A DNA stretch of 64,000 nucleotides from Eledone cirrhosa. Taxonomy: Eukaryota. Positions 40,521 through 55,375 of this stretch are shown here, piece after piece. The notes beneath the pieces are model-generated. The model worked only from the letters and a program-made list of their open reading frames with translations, searched no databases and was not told the origin of the DNA. Positions within the stretch are counted from its first letter, which is position 1. Every line of letters begins with the position of its first letter. The DNA lies in contig OZ024742.1 of the NCBI GenBank assembly GCA_964016885.1, positions 101,122,001 to 101,186,000 of the forward strand, read 5' to 3'. The translations under genes and the position numbers were made by a program.

Positions 40521-41123
40521 GTGTTTATTTATTCTAAGTGTTTTATATTCATCTGAAGTATTCCATCATAATTCTATATAGGAAACTTTAAGTTATGCTC
40601 TAAACACCAGCTTAATAATGGGAAACTTAGTTATATTACTAAACCCTTACAAATTCTTGATTATTTTCAAAATCATTTGAAAATCATAGGTAGTTTCTTT
40701 CATTTCTTTCATCGTTAAAAAAAGATTAAATATCAACACTTTAAAAAGCAGCAGTTTTGTAACACAGAACCAGCAGAGGTGGTCTTGATGTGTTGCTATC
40801 AAAAGGATAACTGTTCTTTAAATCAAAGAGTAGATTGATGATTTGAGTGACACACCCGCTTCTTTCAATTCAGAAATAACCATTTAGCCTCAGTTCCTAT
40901 GAGAAAACTGTTCTTTTTTTTACTGACAAACTAATCCTTTAAAAATAAACTGATTGATTAGTCCCTTATAACAAACAATGAATATAGTCCTTTTTAACAA
41001 TAAATGAGTATAGTCTCTAACAACAAATGATGAGTCAGTCATCAGATTAGTTGTCAAACTGAATAATTCAACTATCCCAGTGACCAACTGAATCATTTTC
41101 ATTTCAGGCATTGAGAATTAGGT

Positions 41124-41164
<41 letters not shown>

Positions 41165-41471
41165 GTATATAATACGTAGATTCCCAAGTTGTGTCAGGAA
41201 GTAACCACAGTTAAGAAAGGTACTCAATACATTGGTAGAGTAAAGGCATCAATATTGTATATAGAAACAACTTCTACATGACTGGAACTGTTCCATTTCA
41301 GGTAGACGCACTCCATCATACACTTTTTTAAAAAATAAATCATATACAAAACGTCAGCCCCAACAGTTTTGCAAGAGATGTCAACATGAATGGACCTGTT
41401 ATTTTTATCTAAAGACATTTTTTCCAATTCCAACCCGCCCGTCCCCTCAATCTATCTTATTTCTCATTCTT

Positions 41472-41507
41472 TCTTCTGATGAAGGACTAGTGTCCGAAAC
41501 GTTAAGA
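41472..41507 (+). ncRNA. Minimal type I hammerhead ribozyme (Penelope-like element type)
   Basis: TCTT-CTGATGA-A-GGAC-TAGT-GTCC-GAAACGTT-AAGA: stem I TCTT/AAGA, intact core boxes, 4-bp stem II, palindromic ACGT mini stem III, GUU cleavage triplet. Confidence 0.8.
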
Positions 41508-43250
41508 CCCTCTCCCTGCTATATCAAGCGTTAACCTAATATATCCCTTCCATATACTGTACCGATGTGTTGTTATTTCTGTTTACCTTTTACATACACA
41601 CACACACACATATATGGATATATATATATATACACACACACATTGGGTACTTTTTGTCGTGGCACCAAAGCAACCACTCCCCAGCCCACACTGTAAAGTG
41701 GTTGTTTTGGTGTCATGACAAAATGCACCCAGCCCAAAATGGTTGTGTAGGTGTCATAAGAAAAAGCACCCAGAGTACATTGTAAATGTGGTTGGCATTA
41801 GGAAGGGCATCCAGCCATAGAACCCAAGCCAAAAACAGTTCTGTATGAGTAATATATGGTTATTTGACCTGGTTTGTCTCACAACGGGACAACTCATCTA
41901 ACCCATGCTGGCATGGAAAAATGGGCATTAAACAGTGATGATGATGATGATGATGATGACACAGAGTATATCTAAGTGTGGTAATTTTTTTAATAGTGTT
42001 TGTCCTTCAGTTTTATGAAAACATCCATCATTGTAACACAAACACCAACCCAGTTACGTAATTTGGAGAGACTAATATAATTAATAAATGTTATAAAATC
42101 ACATACATAATAAATCTTACATAAAGCTGGGTTTTATCTCCAATAAACTCTCTTACCACTGTTATCTACACACACATTGAAAACATCACCTGCCACCACC
42201 ACCACCACCACCACAAACACTATGAAATCAGTATGTGGAGTTTGTAATAAATTTCTGAATATTTCAAATAATAAATTATATAACCATAAAGTGAAGACGT
42301 GTGGCTGAGTGGTTAGAGAATTGGATTCACAATTGTGAGGTTGTGATTTCAATTCTCAGACTGGACAATGCATTATGTCCTTCAGCAAGACACTTCATTT
42401 CATGTTGCTCCTTCTGCCTGGAGTTGTGACTAACAGATAGTATTAGCAATTGGAAAGACCAATGAAAACATTGTTTCCTCAGTCCGATTTGACGATCTTC
42501 ACTCCACTCGATAGGCGAATGAGGTCTGGGATCTTGTCAATAGACTATCGATAACCACAGTCAAGTTAGATTAATCATGTTCTGATGTCGACAAACAATT
42601 CTGAGGATACCAACGATGTGTTTAAGTTATGTATCCATAGTCGTTGAACTCCTAATGGAGTCTTTGGTGAGTTCATCCCTCTCCATATTTGAATACAGGC
42701 AATTTCTTTCAGAGAAAGAGAAAGTATCTAAGTCAGAAAGAGAGATAGAGAAAGAATCGACCCCCAACATTGAACAGACTGTGTTGGTTTGGCTCAAAGT
42801 GTTCCATTGGCCCTTATGAGGTGCAGCCGATTGTCACACTTGGTGGTGAATTGATGGTTGTTTGGTTTATTATATAATTTTAAGTATTGTATATATTATT
42901 TGTGTCTATTTTCATTGTAAGAATTGTGAATAATTTGTAATGATATTTATACAATTGTGAATAAGACGAAGATCATAGTTAAAAAGTGTTTCATGCTAGC
43001 ATGGATTATCATCAAAACAGAGACAAGATGATTATATATACTAGCAGAAAAATCAATCTTCAGGTGGTTTTCTGCTCGCCTGTGTAGTGTGCATATTGAT
43101 ATTATATGCAAGTATATATACATGTAGATATGATACATCAAATAAAATCGTAATTGACAATATACACAGAAATTGAACGAAGACTGCATTACACTGTCTT
43201 ATGTAATCAGTAATGCAATCCATTGACGGAAATATATGAATGTTTATTTA

Positions 43251-43271
43251 AGCGATCGCTAACCGGAAGTG
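43251..43271. promoter_or_regulatory. Candidate promoter element: palindrome AGCGATCGCT plus ETS/GABP consensus ACCGGAAGTG
   Basis: Exact 10-nt ETS consensus in a locally CpG-retaining stretch 3.6 kb upstream of the MRLC start-codon exon. Function is inferred only. Confidence 0.35.
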
Positions 43272-43821
43272 TTAACATTTGAAAATTTTAAAAAAGTGAA
43301 TCTTAAAATAAACGACAAAATTATTTATATTTAATCAAGAATAACGAAATTTAGTAGATAAATTATGTAATATTCATTCATTATTTCTTCAAAGTAATCC
43401 AACTTATTTTACAAATAGAATAAAAAAAATATATTCTGGCCACTGTCCCGCACTCCTCCCTTTATTATAGTTTAGATATATATATATAAAATGAAACTGT
43501 GTAAAAAAAACAAAAACATCCATTGATAACAATACTTCCACCTCATGTCCTTTACAAAACAATTTATAAAAGCAGCTCTGCCACCCATCTTTCTATTTAC
43601 CCAAACCACACAAAGGACATGAAGGGGGGGGGGGGGGGGGTATCAACAACAGTAGCAGTCACATAAAGGCAGAAATAAACAAATCATCCATTATCTCCAC
43701 CACTATTGTCATTTTACTAGTTTTCTATGCTGACATGGGTTGGACAGCTAAAATCAGTACTTAATCAGAGCCACAGTCCTCCTAGACTAGCAGGGGTGGG
43801 GGTTGTCTACCTGAACACACA

Positions 43822-43887
<66 letters not shown>

Positions 43888-46800
43888 CTGGGGAGTGGGG
43901 TAATAAAAACAAAAGTGAGGGAACCAGTAATGTAGCCAGTCAAAACAGAAAGTGATCATATGACATAGCTAACCAATGAAGCAGCTATGTTTTATGAATG
44001 ACTAATGCCCCTGCCACATACCTCATTCCCTGCTGGCTAGTTATGAATCATTCATAACTCTTAAGATTCTTGGCCATAAATGGAAGTAAATTTTCATAGT
44101 TTACTTAGTCAGAGTTAGGGCCAAACTGATTTAGTGTGGTTCTTTTATATAACTTCAAGTAGGAAGCAGTGTGGTGGGGATGGAGTGTTATGTCAGGTTC
44201 TTGATTTCATTAGACATATGGTCAATTGTTATAGGAGAGAACATATTGTCAATTGAATTAACCCTAATAAATTACTGGTACTTTAAAACCCTTTTGATAT
44301 CATCCTGCCCAAAACTGCCTCTGTTCATATGAAACAAAACCACTCATTTTAAAAGGTTCCTAATTTAATTCAAATCTTCCAACATAATTTGATATGAGAA
44401 CCTTTTAAGTTAAGTTACAAATACCATCTTAACAATGACTTAACTAATAATTTTAGTAAACCCCTTTAAATTCTTCATAGATTAATTCATGTACATTATA
44501 TTTCATTAGAAATATGCTAACAAAAGGGTTAATAACAGAGTTGGTTGATTGTCAATGCCATCATTTTACAGCCATTCTTCATGCTGGCATGAGTAGGATC
44601 GGTCGACACAGTCTGAGCCAATTCTTAAGTGGAGTTAATGTCCTCCTGGATGGGTTGATGAGAGGGGCATATCTCTCTTTTAAGTCCTGTTTTGGAATGA
44701 TTTCTACAAGTGAATGCCCTCCATAACACCAAACACCTTACAAAATGTACTTGGTGTATTTTATCATGGCACCACCAGTAGAGATGTTGTCATGTCCTCA
44801 GCATGACTATATATATATCATCTCAGTTCACTCATCAAACACATTACAAGATGCACACTTCATATCAATATAATCTGTAATGTGGTTGGTGAACAAACAG
44901 AAATACTAGTGGAGAGCTTGAATATAAAATTGTCACCATCAAATGGAATTGCCACTTTAACACCTACATCTCCATGCTGGCATGGATTATACATTCTTTT
45001 ACTATTTTACTGGTTTCAGTCATTAGACTATAACCATGCTAGTGTACCACCTTGAAGTGATTTAGAGAATCACTTTGTTGACCTGTTAAATTAAGGGACA
45101 TAAACATTAAAACATACACACATGCACACAATGGACTTCTGCAGTTTCTGTCTATCAAATGCAATGGTCAACTTGAGGCTATAATAGTAGTTATTTGCCC
45201 AAGGTGGGATTTAAACCCAAATCACATGATATATTGAACAAAGCCATTTTCCTGGCTGTATCAGAGTCCAGTGTTCTTTAGATTTTGCTAAGTTTACTCT
45301 TAGTCCTTTAATTCCTGACTTTTCTTCCAATATTATTGATTTCTAATTTAGGCACAAACCCAGCAAATTTGATTTAATCAACCCCAGTACTTGACTAGTA
45401 TTTTTTTTATTGACACCGGAAGTATGAAAGGTAAAGTTGACTTTGGTAAGATTTTCACTCAGGATGCAAAGAGCCAGAACAAATACTACAATAGCCTTCT
45501 ATTCAACACTCTACCAATTCTGCCAATCCACCACTCTTCCAATATAAGAATATTGAAAAGAAAATTGTCACCAACATAGCCATTAGCACTTTAAAAACCC
45601 ACTTCTTCAGGCTGGCATAGATTAGACAGTCTCATGTATAGCAATTGCCTACTTGTCTTAATCTTGCATCATCCTGTTTATGAGACGAAACATCTTGAGA
45701 TTTAACCTCACAATTTCCTTCTATATATTCCTCTGCCCACAAACACCTTCCTCTATTATTACATTTATACTAGCACACTCCATTCTGCTGTCTGTCAATC
45801 TTTTGTGACCAACAACCATGTGTGTTTGTATAGTTATCTCCATCTATAACTTTTTAAAATTTACACACATAATGCATTTCCTATTTCAGTCATGTTGCTA
45901 CAATAAAGTTTGCTTTGTCCCTGTACATTTAAATCATGTATGCCATTTGTACATATATGCTGAAGATTTATGTAATTATATCCTAGAAATAGCATTCTTA
46001 TCTTTAATCATTTTCACGTGTCAGTAATCAACTATATGGTTTCTCTTATGCAAACAATTAATTGAATCAAAATGCAATTTCCCAGTAACCCTGATATATA
46101 TGACATACCAATCCTGGACTCCCAAAATTAAATACATTTGACACTAATAATTAACAGCACAGATTCACTAAACTAATGTTTTCATTGTAATGCTGGTATT
46201 TTGAACAAAACTTCACAAGCATTATGTATATTAAATTGTAATCATCAATTTCAGACAAAAAAGAACATGCCCAATCATATATCTATTAATATTAATTGCC
46301 AGGCAACTGTGTAACTGATTACACTATAGAGCATCTGCCATTCACTCTTCGCAAAATGCCATGCTGTGGGCCCATAACTCCTGATGGAGTCATAGGGGTG
46401 CTGCACTAATGAACAGGACATTTAAACTTGGTGGAGCCATCCCTCTCCAGGTCTGAATACAGCAGATTTTTTCCAGAGAAGGAGAACAAGAGAGAAAATG
46501 AAAAAAATATGAAAAAGATAGAGATGGAGGGGGGGGGGGGGGCTCAAGCAACATGAAATAAAGCATCTTGCTCAAAAACACAATATGTCAATCAGACAAT
46601 GGATCAAAGCCACAACCTTAAGATTATGAGTCAAGCACCCAAACCACTAATCCTTTCGCCTTCACATTGATAATGAATGGTTGGAAGGTGAAGGTGAATA
46701 TGGTGGAGTTTAAACTGAGAAACAGACACCCAAAGTCTCCAATTCCCAAAATTAAAAACCCAAATACAACATGATGAGTTTTAAATTGTTGAAGAGTTTT

Positions 46801-47157
46801 ACATGAATTTGTCTGAATTAGTTGATGTCACATGGACAGCTCACAATACAGAAACTGGAATTTAGTCTTTGGCTTGTTTACACCAAACTTGTCATAGCTT
46901 TCTTTGAGGAATGTAAAGGATGGCATATACTGTTATGAAAGGGTGGAGTTGTAGGTGTTCACACACAGACACACACATCACCATCATTAGCATTAGTTTT
47001 TATAGCTAATTTTCCATGTGGGGATGGGTTGGACAGAATGTTTTAAGACAATGGTTTACAGTCAGATGTCTGTCCTGACAAACACTTTTAGTTATTTCCT
47101 ACGAAATGCAGGAATACAGTGTACCTATTCCAAAAACTAGGATATACACATATTGTA

Positions 47158-48272
47158 TCTATATTATAAAGCTGACGGCTCTATGTATGTAACAAACATT
47201 TCGCCAAATGGCTGGACCAAACAGCAAATTTGCACCATAGATGTAACTTTTTCCAGTAAAAAAGTGAGGGTATTTTTGTCTACTGAATTTTGTTAAAAGA
47301 TTAAAGACATTATTTAAATATTCACTTCTTTAAAATTTCAAATGTCAACACTTCCGTTTATACAACATTCCTCACTCTTTCTTAGTCTGTCTTTTTAGAT
47401 AGATACATAGCAATGACATTGTGCCCTTATATGTCTCTGTATGTCTGGCTGTCTGCATTAGATACATAGCTATGACGTCGCACAACATTCCTCTCTTTTT
47501 CTTAGTCTGTCTTTTTAGATAGATACATAGCTATAACGTCGCTGCCTTATAATATGTCTCTGTATGTCTGGCTGTCTGCATTAGATAACGTTTTTTGAAA
47601 TATTTACTTCTGCGTTCACAGATTGATTTTTTTAGTTTCAGAAGATCCCGTTAAGGGTGAAAGCAGCGATTCTTTGCTTAAACTTTAATCTGTTATTTTA
47701 ATATATATATTCGTGTACAGATATTTTTGCATACACAAAAACAAAATATAAACAAACCTATTTATTTCACGAAAGCATAAATGGCTTATCGTCATTGTTA
47801 CTGCTGATATGCCACCCAAAAAGTCCCAGCCTGGCCGCAAGATCAGATTTTCCAGAAGAAAAAATGTTACTAGAGCAAGAGAGTCTGATGATGATCATGA
47901 ACATCGCCTTCAGCAGATGAGAACTCCAGCGAGAGCAATTCGATCAGCCCAGTCTCAAGAGCAGTGCCAGTCTCGCCTTCAGCAACTGAGGTCCCATGCA
48001 GAAGTCAAGAGAACAACACAGATAGAACAAGCCAGATTGGAGCAGGTGAGTTCACAAGCTGATTGCATCCACATTGCATTACAGCATCAGTGTGCCATAC
48101 AGGTCCTTGCAAAACTGAGTCCGATTTTTAACTATTCAAACCCAGCATCAGAGCACGTTAACCCCCCTCACTCCCCCACCCTCGCTGACTTGAGAGGGAG
48201 TGTGGTATCTTTGCACTGGAGTGGAGATTCCTGAAAAGATAAAATGCTGGTATACCTAGCCGGGCCAGCTAG
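47158..48272 (+). mobile_element. Non-autonomous Helitron
   Basis: Sits between host A and T. Starts TCTATATTATAAAG and ends in a GC-rich hairpin-like segment plus CTAG. Carries ORF 47809-48234 whose N-terminus (MPPKK...RARESDDDHEHRLQQMR...QSQEQCQSRL) resembles the STPR-like repeats of RepHel proteins. Internal ~120-bp tandem duplication at 47362-47590. Confidence 0.75.
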
Positions 48273-48441
48273 TATTATATATTATTGAGTTTCTGTTAAC
48301 ATTGAAAGTGTGTAGGTGAATATATATACACAATATATGTTTATGCAGATTCACATAATCATACACATTCATATATATATGCACATATTTAATCATACTT
48401 AAACAGAGACCAAAGTTAAGTCATACACATACACAAATACA

Positions 48442-48623
48442 CGAGGGTTGGCTGAAAAGTTCATAGGCTGACCAAGATACTCTCATGAAATGACCAAATG
48501 AGCTTTATTTTTCAACATAGTCTCTGGAAAGAAACAATGCAATTATTACTAAGAAGAGTTAGAATTAATGCATGCAAGATTTCACAGCTCTAGCATCACT
48601 CTTTCATAGTCAGCCAGCCCTCC
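48442..48623. mobile_element. Tc1/mariner MITE, same family as 52041, opposite orientation
   Basis: Same CGAGGGTTGGCTGAAAAGTTCATAGGCTGAC end; the interior is the reverse complement of 52070-52200. Confidence 0.75.
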
Positions 48624-48639
48624 TATATATATAATCATC

Positions 48640-49290
48640 CCTAAGCGAGACCAGCTGAGTTCATGGAGGTTATCCAACCATCTTGTTCGGGTATCCTGTT
48701 GGTTGGTTTTGCCTGTAAAATCTGTCTAGATTTTTCTTTCCTGAGATATTCTAACCACATGTCCATAATATTGGAGCTGTCATCTCTCAATTCAGAGAAG
48801 TAGAGGCTCTACCTGGAGTGACTTTGATTTCCACGTTACGCAATCTATCAAGTAATATTACTCCAAAGACCCTTTAGAGGAACCCCATTTTGGCCACTTA
48901 TATTCACAATTGTATTATTTCAGTCATTACCCAAGATTCATGACCACAGGTGAAGGTTGGCATGAATACTGAATTGAAGGCAGCATTTGGCTTTTACACC
49001 AACCTCTCTTTTAATGACAGAATGCTGATGCTGGCACATTACTGCACCATCTCCTGCAGTTTTTGCACTTAATTCAGCCTCCTGCCTTTCATCACTCATG
49101 GACATGGCCCCAAGATACTTAAATTTCTCTACCTGCTTCAGTGGAACTCCATTCACATATAGAGTGCACAGCACAGGCTTCCCTGAGAGGATAACTGTCT
49201 CGGTCTTTGCAACACTGATTTTCATTCCAGCCATGCAACACTTGGCGTTAAACCTATCAAGTGCATGCCAGAGATTGAGTTGGGGGTAGC
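48640..49290 (-). mobile_element. Decayed 3' fragment of a different RTE-like LINE family
   Basis: MKISVAKTETVILSGKP...NGVPLKQVEKFKYLG (RT motifs 6-7). Confidence 0.7.
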
Positions 49291-49481
49291 CACAATAAAT
49301 AAGGTACTCAATGCATTAAGTATGATTTCATACGAATGAAACAGTTCTAGTCCTGCAGAAGCCATTTCTATATATCTCTCTCTCTATATATATATATATA
49401 TAAAACAAAGAAGGTCTGGTAAGATACCAGGTGGACCATAATGCACAAGAGTACTCGATACTTAGGGTAGTAGAGTGGGTA

Positions 49482-49583
49482 ATAGAAAAAGAGTTAAGAC
49501 CCCAACGGCTGAGCTTCGGCTGTTTCAACAGTTAGATCGAAATGGCCGGAGCTCAGCCGTCAGGGTCCTGACTCTTTTTCTAT
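49482..49583. repeat. Imperfect GC-rich hairpin (about 48-bp arms) next to (TA)n
   Basis: atagaaaaagagttaagaccccaacggctgagcttcggctgtttc ... gaaatggccggagctcagccgtcagggtcctgactctttttctat. Confidence 0.85.
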
Positions 49584-51234
49584 ATATATACATATATATA
49601 TAATAGGCAAAAGTATTTCATATCCTGCAGACTAGTCAAATTATTTACAATAAACTCCAGTTATTTGATGCTGATATAAAATGTATTGTTTGTTAAATAA
49701 AAAAAAAACCTAACTGCAATTGTTAGAACATAAACAAAACAAAGAAAACATAATACAACTACTGCTTTCAATACTATATTTCTAATGAAAGATATAGCCC
49801 TTAATTTCCAAATAATCATGTGTTTGGAAGAATTTAATGATATAACTGACATTCTCATTATCAAACTGGTGGATTGGCAGAATATTAGGGTGGCAAATTG
49901 GCAGAATATTAGGGTGGCAAATTGGCAGAATTGTTAGTGTGTTGGACAAAATACTTTATAGAATTTAGTGATATCCCTCCATGTTCCGAGTTCAAATTTC
50001 GTCATGGTCAACTTTGCCTTTCATCTTTCTGGGGTTGATAAAATAAAGTGTCAGTTAAGTACTGGGGTCTATATAATTCCCTTTCCCCTTCCCACAAATT
50101 GTTGGCCAAATGCCTAAATTAGAAATACTTATCAAGCTGGTGTTTGGAACAAAACCTAATAAAGTTTTTACTTGAAATGATGATGAAAGACTTTTAGATA
50201 AACATAAACACATTAATATAATCAGCTTTGTATTGTAGAATCAGGTGTTGTTTGGTATCAAAATAGTTAAACATTCAGTTATTGTTAGAAGGTGATTAAG
50301 AGGGTGCAGATATCCAAGTGGATAGGGTGGAGCAATAATTCTGAACATGAGGGCACATTCCACAGTGAGACATTTTTTTATAAATTTTATATTATTTAAC
50401 TGTACAAATGGGTAGAGCAATAGACATTTTACTATAACTGTGAAGCTATAGTAAAATATATATCACTCTACCCATTTCAGACTTAAGGGCCCAAAACTCC
50501 TTGCCCTCCAGTCACTGGTATAGCTTCACAACTATAATATCATCATTATCCTCACTGCTTTACATCTTTTTATGAGTTGTCATATTTTGAGATTATGTTG
50601 GGTCAGATGAATACATCTCATTCATATGTTCAATTTTAGAAAGATTTCTACAGCTAGATGCCCTTCCTAATGCCAACCACTTTACAGCACCAACTCGGTA
50701 CATTTTATTGTAGTAAAAATATACATTTTACATTTAATATAAAGAGTGGTGTGCTCGGGCACTGAGACGCTACAAAACTTATAAAACTGGGTGAAGACGC
50801 CTAAAGACAGAAAAGGAAGTTGTCATCAGCTATATATGGTTTTAGCACCTATCATGTTTTATACTGAAGGGGACATCAAAATCTATTAGGGATAGAGGAC
50901 AAGCAGTGCATAGCATTTGATTCTTTAGCAATTCCACCAATTCAACACTCCTGTACTGGTACTTTATTTATTAACCCCAAAAGGATGAAAGGCAAAGTTG
51001 ACTTTGGCAGGATTTGAACTCAGAATGCAGAGAGTTGGAACAAATGCCAAGGCATTTGATCTGACACTCTAATGACTCTGCCAATTCACTGACTACAACA
51101 GGAGAGAACAAACATTAGAAAAACTGTAAAAGAACTTTCTAGTTGTTATGTTCTGACTCTTGGATCAGTCTGGGAAACTTCCTGCTCTGAGAAATTCAAT
51201 CATGTAAAGGAAGCTGGACCACTTCTGGCAAGTT

Positions 51235-51600
51235 CTGTGAAATTTCAATACTTTATGAAACCACTAAGATATTTAAAAATATATAAATGGCAATGGGGTG
51301 CAGTGAAACAGACACACCAACACTTAACAGTTTTACTGTTGTCTTACAATCTCAACACTTTGTGAAACCTCTAAGATATTACAATAATGAAAACATACAC
51401 AACTATTGGGTGCAGAAAAACAGACACACCAACACTTAAAATAGCTTTACAATAATGTTAAAATTTCAATACTTTGTGAAACCACTAAAACGTTACAAGG
51501 AGAAAATATACAATGATTATGTGCAAGAAAACACACACAAACACACATCAACACTTAACATTTTCTACAGTAATATTACAATTTTAATTTCGTTTTTAAT
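51235..51600. repeat. Degenerate ~118-bp tandem repeat (3 copies)
   Basis: Recurring aatttcaatactttgtgaaaccactaagat...gtgcag..aaacagacacaccaacacttaa. Confidence 0.7.
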
Positions 51601-52040
51601 CAACTAAGTATGTAAAATCTCTGCCAGTGAGTGGTGTTAGACTAACACTTTCACAATCCATACCAGTAATTCTATATTTATTCCAATTGGTTCCTGGTTG
51701 GGCAAGGGAAGAGAGGAAACTAGGAAAAAATTCTTTCTTAACTTCAGTTATTTCTGCTCCAAATAAAACCTTAATTTAAAGTAAGCGGCAACCGTCCAAC
51801 CCACAACACACACACATACATACATATAAACACAAACACACACACAATGAAATCTACCTAAGCTATCCAATTGGCATCACGACAAGAAAAAAGGAAAATT
51901 ATAAATACAGAAGGCGATGACAGATAATTAATATTTTGCTGATACAATTTCCTCATATTTGAGATGTTGAAATACTTAAAATAAATAGCTTTGAGTACAA
52001 TAAAATGCAGAATTGAGATACTGTTAATATTGTGATCGTA

Positions 52041-52224
52041 CGAGGGTTGGCTGAAAAGTTCATAGGCTGACTATGAAGGAGTGAAGCTAGAGCTGTGAAA
52101 TCTTGTATGCATTAATTTCAACTCTTCTTATCAATAATTGTAGTGTTTCTTTCCAGGGTCGATGTTGAAACATAAACCTCATTTGGTCATTCCATGAGAG
52201 TATGAACTTTTCAGCCAACGCTTA
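52041..52224. mobile_element. Tc1/mariner MITE
   Basis: TA-CGAGGGTTGGCTGAAAAGTTCATA ... TATGAACTTTTCAGCCAACGCTTA-TA. Confidence 0.8.
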
Positions 52225-53038
52225 TATAGTTTACAGTTGGAAAATGAAATATAATCATCATCATTGTTTTTACGTTACACTTCCATGCTGGCATGGGCTG
52301 GACAGGACTTTTTGAGGCAGTGTTTTACAGCTGGATGCCTTTCCTGATCCCAACACTTTTAGTTGCTTCTTATTAGTGCTGGACTAGTATTTTTTATTGA
52401 CCTTGAAAGAATGAAAGACAAAGTTGACATCAGTGGGGTTTGAACTCAGAAAGCTGAAATGAATACCCCAAAGCACTTCATTTGACATTACAATGACTCT
52501 TGCCAATCCACTGCATAGCACAGAGTATAGAGATATCAAACCATATGAAACAGCTGTTACAAAACAATAAGCGGCGTACTAGTTTACCATATATTTCTCA
52601 TGGCAAAATTTTAATCACTCTGTTTGTGACCTGGCCACTGAATAGGGTGCAAACAACTCACTCCGTAAAGTGGTAGTATTGACGTGACAATGAAATGCAC
52701 CCACTACACATAGTAAAAATGTTTAGCATTAGGAAGAGCGTCCAGCTATAGAAAACAAGCCAAGATTGAAACGTATGAGTGAGATATGGTTCCCCCAACC
52801 CATTGAACTCAGGGCCAATATAAACCGATTGGTATGATATCGCTGCAATGAAGTAAACACTTAAGTTGATAAAGAACATTTGTACTATTGATATAATGGC
52901 CAGCATTCCTATCAAATTAACAAAAGAAGAAGGGTCCATAACACAATATATAAAGACTTGGCCTTTTCTTCTTTTTTCCAGTTGTGTTGTTTACATATAT
53001 ATGTACAATGTAGAAATGTTTTACAGTAGGATATATAT

Positions 53039-53378
53039 ATCATCATCATCATCATTTCATTTTACGTCCGCTTTTCCCTGCTTGCAAGGGTGGGACGGGA
53101 ACTGATTTTGGCTTGGTTTCTACAGCTGTATGCCCTTCCTAACACCAACCTCATTTACAGTGAGTGCTGGGTGCTTTTTTTCCATGGCACCTCCACGACC
53201 ACTTTACAGTGGAATGATAGGGACCCCAGTCCCTATCATCTCATTTCTACAGCTGAGTAAACTGGAGCAATGTGAAATAAAGTGTCTTGCTCAAGGAAAC
53301 AACACATCACCCGGTCTGAGAATTGAACTCACAACCTCTCGATTGCCAGCCCAATGCTCTAACTACTAAGCCATGTGT
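53039..53378 (-). mobile_element. SINE family B
   Basis: Matches 18666-19003. Confidence 0.85.
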
Positions 53379-53389
53379 CTATATATATA

Positions 53390-53506
53390 TAATGTATAAT
53401 AAACAATACAATATAATTACCTCATTACCAGAGGTTTCCCGAATAAGACCTATTCGGGAAACCTCTGGTAATGAGGTAATTATATTGTATTGTTTATTAT
53501 ACATTA
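53390..53506. repeat. Perfect hairpin, 56-bp arms, 5-nt loop, next to (TA)n
   Basis: 53390-53445 is the reverse complement of 53451-53506; loop agacc. Confidence 0.92.
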
Positions 53507-53618
53507 AATTTTGCTCTGGTACTTACATAGAGCACTCTTCACTCCTATGACTTTTTCAATTTTCAACGGAAACCTGTCCAACATTTGCAAGCAGAGAAAG
53601 TGGGCATTAAATGATGAT

Positions 53619-54956
<1,338 letters not shown>

Positions 54957-55014
54957 ATGTCATCATCATTTAATGCCCACTTTCTCTGCTTGCAAATGTT
55001 GGACAGGTTTACAT

Positions 55015-55375
55015 AGGAGAATGCATGGGAGGAAGATAGTTTGCCCCAAGTAAACCCAACAGAGGGACAGTCAACAACAGTATAGTAAGGCAATCAAGCA
55101 TATGCAGACAGCAGACAAAGCAGCTGGACCATCAGAGATAGTTCCTGAGATGTTGAAATCATCTGGGATAGTGGGTCAAGCCTTAACCACAAGTATTGTA
55201 AACCAAGAAATATAAAATGGTGTCATACTCAATGACTGGTGTAGCAGCATCATCATCAACTGCTACAAAGGCAAAGGAGATATTCTAGACAGAAAACTAG
55301 AGGTATCAAGATGGGCCAGGTCATGAAGGTGTCACAGAAAGAGATATAGCACACCTGATTTGGGACAGAGTTAAC
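55015..55375 (+). mobile_element. Decayed RTE fragment
   Basis: [33 protein letters not shown]; homologous to 33930-34310. Confidence 0.8.
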
